Below the pieces are notes generated by a model. The model worked only from the letters and a program-made list of their open reading frames with translations, was not told where the DNA came from and did not search any database. 64,000 bases of DNA, from positions 194,064 to 258,063 of the forward strand of contig CAVZSG010000001.1 of NCBI GenBank assembly GCA_963777865.1, given 5' to 3'. This document shows positions 56,332-64,000 of this stretch, piece after piece (the stretch's first letter is position 1; the number at the start of each line of letters is the position of its first letter). The translations under genes were made by a program, and so were the position numbers. The stretch comes from an uncultured Chloroflexia bacterium (GTDB lineage: Bacteria; Chloroflexota; Chloroflexia; Thermomicrobiales; UBA6265).

Positions 56332-56631
56332 TTGGACGGGTTCTACCAGAAGGTCATGAGCGACGCGGCTCTGCAGTCGCAGCTGAAGAGCGCGCCAGAC
56401 GCACAGAGTTTCGTGGCCACCGCGGTTCGCCTGGGCCGCGAACATGGGTACACGTTCACGGCCGACGACGTGGTCGCCAGGCTCGGCAGGCCAGCCAGTG
56501 ACGTCGAGCTCTCGGACAAGGAGCTCGAGGCCGTGGCTGGCGGCTATGTCTCGTACGGCGGCAGCGCCCTCTGCGGGTATTGCGGCAAGACGAGCGGCAC
56601 ATGCTCGGCGACGGGAATGCTGCCGGCGTAG
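56332..56631 (+). CDS. Nif11-like leader peptide RiPP precursor with double-glycine cleavage motif
   Basis: FYQKVMSDAALQSQLKSAPDAQSFVATAVRLGREHGYTFTADDV...ELSDKELEAVAGG, followed by the 28-aa core YVSYGGSALCGYCGKTSGTCSATGMLPA. Alignment to prochlorosin-type leaders is from memory. The start is ambiguous: TTG 56332, ATG 56356, or an aligned ATC at 56317. Confidence 0.75.
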   Translation: MDGFYQKVMSDAALQSQLKSAPDAQSFVATAVRLGREHGYTFTADDVVARLGRPASDVELSDKELEAVAGGYVSYGGSALCGYCGKTSGTCSATGMLPA

Positions 56632-56639
56632 GCGAGACG

Positions 56640-57686
56640 ATGGAGGATCACCTCGCGGTGGTCCTCCCTCACCTCAGGCCCGCGCTCGCCGGTCCGGCAG
56701 CGCGTGCCCGGATCTCCTCTCTCGCCTCGCACCTCCCGGCTTGTCCCGCCGGCGGCTTCGAAATCTCCCTGACAGACAGAACCGACCGCACCGACTTTCA
56801 CGTCTTCGTCAGCCGTGGGGTCGTTCGCGCGCCTGGCGGCACGGAGCCGCACCCAGGATGGGAGGCCGCCGCCAGGTTCAGCGAGGCATGGGCGGCCGCC
56901 GATTCGCCGTTCGCCCAGGCTGTCGTCGCGCTGATCCTCGAGTTCGATCTCGATCCGTCATCGGCCACCGTGCCGCCGCCAAGCCTCTTCTGCGCCTTCC
57001 ACCCCGTGGCCGGTGAACAGGCCGACGTCGTTCGTGCGGTCACGGCCGCCCTGGTGGGGGAGCGGCCGTTCGCAGACCTGTCGGCCGCCCTCGACGGGTG
57101 CCTCGCTGCGCTGCCGCCCCTGGCCGGCATCAATCATGTCGGCGCGATGTGGTCCCGAACAGGTTCCGGATCCGTGCCGTTCGTACGAGCCAACCTTGGG
57201 GGAGTCGAGCCCGACGCCATCGTGCCCCTCGTGGCCAGACTTGGCTGGGCGGGCCACGCCGGTGCGCTCGGAGGCATCATCAAGGGCCTCGGGAGTGTGG
57301 TCGATTCCATCGAGGTGGCATGGGATGTTGGCGCCCCGTCACCGACGCGCCTGGGCCTGGAGTGCTTCATTTCCGACACGGTTGCGCGGACGTCGCCCGG
57401 CTGGCTCGAAGTCCTGGAGCACATGAGTTCCCTGGCGACCTGTGATGCCGCCAAGGTCGGCGCCCTCCTGGACTGGCCGGGGCTGAGTCGTCGGTCTCGG
57501 AGCGGGCCCTGGCCGAGGTCGCTGCTGCTGGGGGACGGGTTCCTTGCGTCAACGGCCGCCAGCGTATTCGTGCGCCGTATCAACCACGTGAAGGTGGTGG
57601 TCGACGGTGACCATGTGACCGAGATCAAGGCGTATCCAATCTTCGGGCACCGCTGGATACCGCGATCGCGGGCGGCGGTTGGATAA
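56640..57686 (+). CDS. uncharacterised 348-aa protein coupled to the RiPP precursor; candidate tailoring enzyme (speculatively an ABBA-type prenyltransferase-like fold)
   Basis: ATG lies 8 nt after the precursor stop. Intact ORF with strong GC3 bias. No LanM/LanB/LanC, YcaO or radical-SAM motifs seen. Five spaced strand-turn-strand-like segments: GFEISLTDRTDRTDFHVFV, LILEFDLD..SLFCAF, INHVGAMWSRTGSGSVPFVRANL, SIEVAWDVGAPSPTRLGLECFIS, INHVKVVVDGDHVTEIKAYPIFG. Confidence 0.6.
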   Translation: MEDHLAVVLPHLRPALAGPAARARISSLASHLPACPAGGFEISLTDRTDRTDFHVFVSRGVVRAPGGTEPHPGWEAAARFSEAWAAADSPFAQAVVALILEFDLDPSSATVPPPSLFCAFHPVAGEQADVVRAVTAALVGERPFADLSAALDGCLAALPPLAGINHVGAMWSRTGSGSVPFVRANLGGVEPDAIVPLVARLGWAGHAGALGGIIKGLGSVVDSIEVAWDVGAPSPTRLGLECFISDTVARTSPGWLEVLEHMSSLATCDAAKVGALLDWPGLSRRSRSGPWPRSLLLGDGFLASTAASVFVRRINHVKVVVDGDHVTEIKAYPIFGHRWIPRSRAAVG

Positions 57687-57706
57687 TCGTCAGTCAGCCA
57701 TCGTCA

Positions 57707-58944
57707 ATGATCTCAGTCCTGCTCCGGTATCAGGAGCTGGCGCTCAAGGGGAAGAACCGCCCCTGGTTCCAGCGCCACCTCATTCGGCACCTGCGCATCG
57801 CGCGCTGGCGGGGCTGAGCGTGCGCGAGGTCCGCGTGCCGATGGGACGCATCGAGGTGGTGCTCGGCCGCGAGGCCACGGCCGACGAGGTGCGCGAGCGG
57901 CTGCGGTACGTGTTCGGCCTCGCCAACTTCTCGGTGGCGACGCGCGTGGCGCCCGACTACGACGCGCATCGAGGCGGGCGTCCTGCGCGACCTGCCGGCG
58001 GCGGCGCCCGACGAGCTTCCGCGTGAAGGTGCGCCGCGCCGACAAGCGGTTCCCGATGCGGATCGCCGGAGTTCGAGCGCGTGCTCGGCGCGCGCATCGC
58101 GGACGGCGCGCGGATGGACGGTGGACCTGCACGCAGCCCGGCGCTGACCATCGGCGTCGAGATCGTGCCGGGCGAGGCCTTCTACTACTTCGGCAAGGAG
58201 CCCGGCGCGGGCGGGCCTGCCGACGGGCACCGGCGGACGGCTCGTCGCGCTGCTGTCGGGCGGCATCGACTCGCCGGTGGCGGCCTGGCGCATGATGCGG
58301 CGCGGCTGCACGGTCACCTTCGTGCACTTCCACAGCTACCCGTTCCTCTCGCGGGCCTCGCAGGACAAGGCGCGCCAGCTGGTCGAGCACCTGTGCCGGT
58401 TCCAGCTGCGCGCGAAGCTGCAGCTCGTCCCGTTCGGCGAGATCCAGCGCCAGGTGACGCTGTCGGTGCCGAGCGCGCTGCGCGTCGATCGTCTACCGGC
58501 GCCTGATGCTGCGCATTGCCGAGCGGCTGCGCTCCGCGCATCGGACGCCCACGGCCTGGTCACGGGCGACGTGGTCGGGCAGGTGGCGTCGCAGACGCTC
58601 GAGAACATGGCGGTGACCGGCGCCGCGCGTGCAGATGCCGATCTTCCGGCCCGCTCGTCGGGATGGACAAGGACGAGATCACGACCCAGGCCGAGCGGCT
58701 CGGCACCTACGACATCTCCATCCAGCCGGACGAGGACTGCTGCACGCTGTTCACGCCGCGGCATCCCGTGACCCGCGCCCGGCCGGACGAGATCGAGGCC
58801 GCCGAGCGCGGGCTCCCGATCGACGAGTTCGTCGAGACGCGCCCTGCGGGCGTCGGTCGTGGAGCGCTTCGACTGGCCGGTGGTCGGTCGCGGCCACGGG
58901 AGGCTGACCGCGGTTCCGGGTCCGTCGGGTTCCTGACCGCCTGA
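57707..58944 (+). CDS. thiI: tRNA 4-thiouridine synthase ThiI (THUMP + PP-loop); many apparent frameshifts and an approximate 3' end
   Basis: LLRYQELALKGKNRPWFQRHL... N-terminus. PP-loop LLSGGIDSPVAAW. GMDKDEITTQAERLGTYDISIQPDEDCCTLFTPRHP. ATG lies 20 nt after the upstream stop. Confidence 0.75.
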
Positions 58945-58959
58945 TCGCCGATCTCCTGC

Positions 58960-60746
58960 GTCACGATCTCGACGACCCGGGCCTGCGGCGTCGGCGAGCA
59001 GGGTCCGCAGCCTCGAGCCGTTCGGCCTCGAGCGCGCGCGGCAGCCACGTGCGGGAGTTGCCGACCGGGTAGTCCTTGAACACGTCGACCACGATGACGC
59101 GCGCGGGTGACGGCGCCGCTCGGACCGGGCGCCGAAGAGATCGGCCGGGCTGAACACGGCCGGCGCGCCGGTGTAGACGCCGACCGGGCCGCGAGTCCGC
59201 GCGTCACCACGAACCGCTCGCGAACGTAGTCGTCGAGCGCCAGCCAGGCGTCCACGCGTCCGACCAGGAGCAGGCAGGCCAGTTCGTCGGTGCAGGCCAC
59301 GCGGTCCGTCGGGCCGCAGCCCGGCCGAAGCTCGTCGATCCCCGCGATGTCGATGGTCGGGTCGCGCCGCGGCCAGGCGCTGCGGGCACGGCGGCCCGCG
59401 CCCCGCGCCACTGATCCGCCAGCGACCAGCAGGGCGGCGCCGGTCAGCGCGGCCCGCATCACCTGGCCGCGCCGGCCGGGCCACACGGCGGCCGCGTGCT
59501 GGCCGATGGCGACCAGGTCGATGCCGATGGCGGCGAGCATGCAGACCGATCGGCAGCAGCACGTAGTTGATGGTGATGCCCGACTCGATGACGCCGAACC
59601 AGAGCGATCCAGCCCACCCAGCCGAGATGCGCCGCCCGCTCGCCGGCCGGCCACTCGCCTCCGGCCCCGCACAGCCGTGCGACGAGCAGGGCCAGCGCCA
59701 TCCACGTCGTCACGGGGTGCGCGCCGGCGAGGTGCCAGAACATGTCGAGGGGATAGACGAGCGCGCCGGTGACCAGCCCTGCGCGAGCGGCGCACCGCCG
59801 ACATGGCCAGCGGCGACGACGGCCAGCCGCGGCGCCGAGGCCGGCGACCAGGCTGAGACCGGCTCGCGCCGGGACGAGCAGCCAGGCCACGACGAGCGCG
59901 GCGCAGGACGACGCCGAGCGGCGCGCCGCGCGGGCGCTCGAAGAGGTTGAGCACCTGCCACAGGAAGAAGCGCTGAATCATCGTTCGCCGCCGCCCTCGC
60001 CGGGCGGCATCAGGAAGTGCAGCGCGCACAGCACCGCCTGGCCGGCGACGAGACCGATGCCGAGCGCTGCAGCGGATACCGAGCAGGGCCGCGGATGGCG
60101 CAGACTGGGCAGCCGCGGATGACGCGGATTGCGCAGATCATCGAGGGCTCGACGGGCGTCAGGGACACGGACCAGGCCCGCCGCCGGAATCGCCATCAGC
60201 GTGAACGCGAGCTCGTGGGTGAGGCGCGACAGGAAGGCCAGGGTGGCCAGCGCGAGCCAGGTGCCGGCGGGTGCGGCCGGTCGCGCACGGGCGCGCAGGC
60301 CGGCGACCACGGCGAGCACGCGCGACGCACGTGAGCACGAACGGCGCGTAGAAGCGGCCGGTGGTGGCGACGGCCCAGAACGGCACCGAGCCGGCGACGA
60401 GCAGCGCTGCCGCGACCCCGGCGGCCGGCGAGGCGACGCGCGCGCACGAGCGCGTAGCCGAGCCCGAGCATCGCCGGCGCTGCGACAGCAGGCTGATCGC
60501 GCGGAAGGCGGGCAGCTCGAGCCCGGTGAGCGCCGCCGCGAGCCACGAGCGTACGAATAGAGCAGGCCGCGGTCGTAGAGGAGGCCCGAGGGCAGGAGCG
60601 GAAGGCCGTGCGCGCGGATGCCGCGCACGGCAAACAGGGTGAACTCCTCGTCCGGCGAGTAGCCGGGACGGAACAGGGACAGGGGCGCCGGCCGCGACCA
60701 CCACCGCCGCGAGCGGCGACGACGAGCCGGAGGCCGGCGCGTCGGG

Positions 60747-60750
<4 letters not shown>
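58960..60750 (-). CDS. polytopic membrane protein, possibly a GT-C (ArnT/PMT-like) glycosyltransferase; heavily frameshifted, boundaries approximate
   Basis: Pieced together across three frames: ...[36 protein letters not shown]..., many TM-like stretches ([47 protein letters not shown]), then a soluble C-terminal part. Confidence 0.3.
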
Positions 60751-61819
<1,069 letters not shown>

Positions 61820-62053
61820 CTCCTCGTCGTGGAGTCCCAGACCGGGAGACCCCATGACCTCGAGGACCCCGATCGCGCTGCTGCTCCTGCGGACCGTCTA
61901 TCGACGCGGCTGGGCATCTTCAACACACGCGGTGTGCCGGGGCGAATGGCGAGCGAATCCCTCTGCGTGGGTCTGATAAGGGGCCTTCCGTTGACCACCG
62001 CCCTCGTTTAATCCTGACTATCGTCCTGGACAAGTAGCCCCGGCGCTCAGACG

Positions 62054-62500
62054 TCAGCCATGTTTCGCCAGCATGGCCAGGTCCAGCAGGTCCTGCGGCC
62101 GGGCAGCCGCGGTCTTGTTCTGGATCAACTCCGCTCGGCCGATGATCCAAATCGCCTGGTCGCCAAAGGATGTTGACAGGCGGTTGGGCCACGCCGCAGC
62201 GAACGCGACACCGTCGATGTGGGTGGTCAGGTCAATCCGGTTCGGCGCGACGCCAATCTGAAGCACAGCGCCGGGCCGTTCGAAGTCACCCTCAGTGACG
62301 CCCGCGAGCGGGGCGCCAAACGCGTGCAGCGCGGCCATCACACGCGGAGCGTTGACCGGCGACGCCTCAACCCACACATCCAGATCCTTCGTGAAGCGCG
62401 GCTCTGCGTAGAACGCGACCGCATGGGCGCCGACGACGAGATAGTCAGCCTGGGCCTCGTTCAACGCGGCAAACAGATCTCTGAAGTCGGGGTTCACCAT
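62054..62500 (-). CDS. small nucleotidyltransferase-like protein (common uncharacterised family)
   Basis: MVNPDFRDLFAALNEAQADYLVVGAHAVAFYAEPRFTKDLDVWV...NKTAAARPQDLLDL. Family recognition is from memory of recurrent homologs. Start taken at the internal Met. Confidence 0.5.
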   Translation of the reverse strand: MVNPDFRDLFAALNEAQADYLVVGAHAVAFYAEPRFTKDLDVWVEASPVNAPRVMAALHAFGAPLAGVTEGDFERPGAVLQIGVAPNRIDLTTHIDGVAFAAAWPNRLSTSFGDQAIWIIGRAELIQNKTAAARPQDLLDLAMLAKHG

Positions 62501-62663
62501 CGGTCTCGCCCCTCCAGGCCCGCGATTCAAGCACCATGTCCCACACCAACTCGACGCGGCGATGCGGCGCGATGGATTGCCAGAACTCGCGGTCGAAACT
62601 CCCATCGTCTGGACGGCGCAAGAGCCGTGCACTGCCGGTCAATCGTTCGTCGCGGCGGTTCAT
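62445..62663 (-). CDS. small hypothetical protein paired with the nucleotidyltransferase-like gene (antitoxin-like position)
   Basis: 72-aa ORF (DREFWQSIAPHRRVELVWDMVLE...RLQRSVCRVER) immediately upstream of and overlapping the partner gene. Confidence 0.4.
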   Translation of the reverse strand: MNRRDERLTGSARLLRRPDDGSFDREFWQSIAPHRRVELVWDMVLESRAWRGETDGEPRLQRSVCRVERGPG

Positions 62664-62812
62664 TGTGATGGATGCATTGTCACCCCCTTGGCGTCGTAGA
62701 GACCGGTGCGCGAACCCAGGAGCAAGCTAAGGGTCTGTCGATTAGGTGTACGCGTGAGTTTGTGCGGGACAATCGCGTTAGTGAACCCGCACGTATAGTG
62801 AGCGCTGCACAC

Positions 62813-64000
62813 ATGATGGGTGGCTTCTTATCCCGGCTCCGTCAGGCGTTCCGGCCCCGCTGGGTCGCGCTGTCGTTCGCGCCGGTCATGGTGTGGGTTC
62901 TGGCAGTCGGGCCGACAACCATCCGAACCAATGATTCGGACAGGCGCGTCACGCTGTCCCTCGTCGGCACGACGGATCTGCACGGGCAGGTCTTCTCCGT
63001 CGACGGACGCGGGGGTCTGGCCCTGCTCGGTGGCTATCTCCAGAACCTCCGCGCGGCACGCGCTGCCGATGGCGGCGCCGTGCTGCTGTTCGACTCTGGC
63101 GACACCTACCTCGACGGCATCGAGTCGAATCTCTCCGAGGGCGCCATCGTCATCGACGCGTACAACGCGCTCGGCTACACCGCCGCGGCGATTGGCAATC
63201 ACGATTTCGACTTCGGCGCGGTGGACGCCGGCAGGTTCGAGCACGGGTGCCGACCGGCGCGGGGCGCTCAAGGCACGCGCGTCCCAGGCGCGCTTCCCGT
63301 TCCTGGCGGCGAACCTGCGCGAGAACGGCCGGCCGGTCGAGTGGCCCAACGTCAGGCGCTCGACCCTCGTCGACGCCGCGGGTGTGAAGGTGGGCGTCAT
63401 CGGCGTGATGACACGCGACGCGCTGTCGATGACGCTGCCCTCCAACGTGGTCGGCCTGCAGGTGACCGCGGTGGCCGAGGCGATCGAGACCGAGGCCGTG
63501 CGCCTTCGCGCGGACGGCGCCGCGGTCGTGGTGGTGGCCTCGCACGCCGGTGGCTACTGCACGGCATTCGATCGGCCCACGGATCTCGCGTCGTGCGACG
63601 AGACGGCCGAGATCTTCGAGGCGGTGAGGGCGCTGCCGCGCGGGCTCGTCGACGTGATCTTCGCCGGGCACACGCATGCCGCCGTGGCCCACGAGGTGAA
63701 CGGCGTGGCCGTCGCTCAGGCCTATTTCTGGGGCCGTGCGTTCAGCCGCGTGGACGTGACCGTGGCCCGGTCCGGCGCGTCCGACGGCCGGAGCGCCGCC
63801 GCACACGTGACCGGCGTGCGGATCTTTCCGCCGCGCGAGGTCTGCGCCCGCGAAGACGTCCAGGGCCGCTGCGCACGCGGCGAGACGCGCCGGCGTCCAG
63901 TCCCGATACGAAGGTCGCCCGGTGGTTCCCGATGCCGCGGTGGATGCCGCCATGGCGCCGGCGCTCGCGCGCGTCAGGGCGCTGCAGGCCACGCCGCTGG
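62813..64000 (+). CDS. 5'-nucleotidase / UDP-sugar hydrolase-like metallophosphatase; partial (runs off the window), about two apparent frameshifts
   Basis: Hand translation: signal-like N-terminus, LVGTTDLHGQ, DSGDTYLDG, AAIGNHDFDFG, then in another frame ...FLAANL..., VVVASHAG, FAGHTHAAV. Not listed in the ORF track because no stop is reached in the entry frame. Confidence 0.7.
   Translation, partial: MMGGFLSRLRQAFRPRWVALSFAPVMVWVLAVGPTTIRTNDSDRRVTLSLVGTTDLHGQVFSVDGRGGLALLGGYLQNLRAARAADGGAVLLFDSGDTYLDGIESNLSEGAIVIDAYNALGYTAAAIGNHDFDFGAVDAGRFEHGCRPARGAQGTRVPGALPVPGGEPARERPAGRVAQRQALDPRRRRGCEGGRHRRDDTRRAVDDAALQRGRPAGDRGGRGDRDRGRAPSRGRRRGRGGGLARRWLLHGIRSAHGSRVVRRDGRDLRGGEGAAARARRRDLRRAHACRRGPRGERRGRRSGLFLGPCVQPRGRDRGPVRRVRRPERRRTRDRRADLSAARGLRPRRRPGPLRTRRDAPASSPDTKVARWFPMPRWMPPWRRRSRASGRCRPRRW

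Noticed and set aside
57707-58944. ThiI as a dedicated sulfur-transfer or PP-loop tailoring enzyme of the adjacent RiPP pair (it starts only 20 nt downstream on the same strand).
   Set aside because: It has the full ThiI N-terminus (LLRYQELALKGKNR..., THUMP-type region) and the SGGIDS PP-loop of the housekeeping tRNA s4U8 enzyme. Co-direction alone is weak evidence. I keep it only as a remote possibility under the RiPP finding.

Overview
The window is gene-dense and splits into two compositionally different parts.

Part A (1 to ~56.3 kb) is about 58-62% GC by hand counts of sampled stretches. It is an ordinary chromosomal stretch, mostly on the minus strand:
- a Tat-exported small multicopper oxidase, an M16 peptidase, sarcosine oxidase and a ThuA plus Gfo/Idh/MocA pair
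- a vWA protein, MenA, a NitT/TauT-type ABC transporter, an RraA-like protein, IspG, RseP and an orphan family-5 solute-binding protein
- Ald, a Xer recombinase, GlyRS, DUF3105 and MutY
- two tandem flavin amine oxidases, an OmpR/histidine-kinase pair, an aminotransferase and a MATE pump
- a Cys/Met PLP enzyme, LpdA, an OafA-like acyltransferase, topoisomerase IB, DcyD-like and MFS parts read as one ORF, DinB, ArsR and Maf

Embedded at 25-32.3 kb is a block of secreted repeat proteins. It includes a Tat-signal protein built from tandem knottin-like cysteine modules.

Part B (~56.33 kb to the end) jumps to about 70-75% GC. It opens with a Nif11-leader, double-glycine RiPP precursor that is tightly coupled to an uncharacterised 348-aa protein. 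This pair is my best candidate for a novel system. It is followed by thiI, a GT-C-like membrane protein, fbaB, a small lower-GC two-gene cassette and a 5'-nucleotidase-like gene that runs off the window.

I saw no rRNA, tRNA, CRISPR array, transposase or phage genes. Two copies of an ~70-bp palindromic intergenic element are present.

Roughly half of the genes, including essential ones, need one or more frame changes to read through. Indel error in the sequence is the most likely cause, so the fused coordinates below are reconstructions. The F420/LLM-type and mycothiol-type enzyme families suggest an Actinomycetota- or Chloroflexota-like host for part A. That is inference only.
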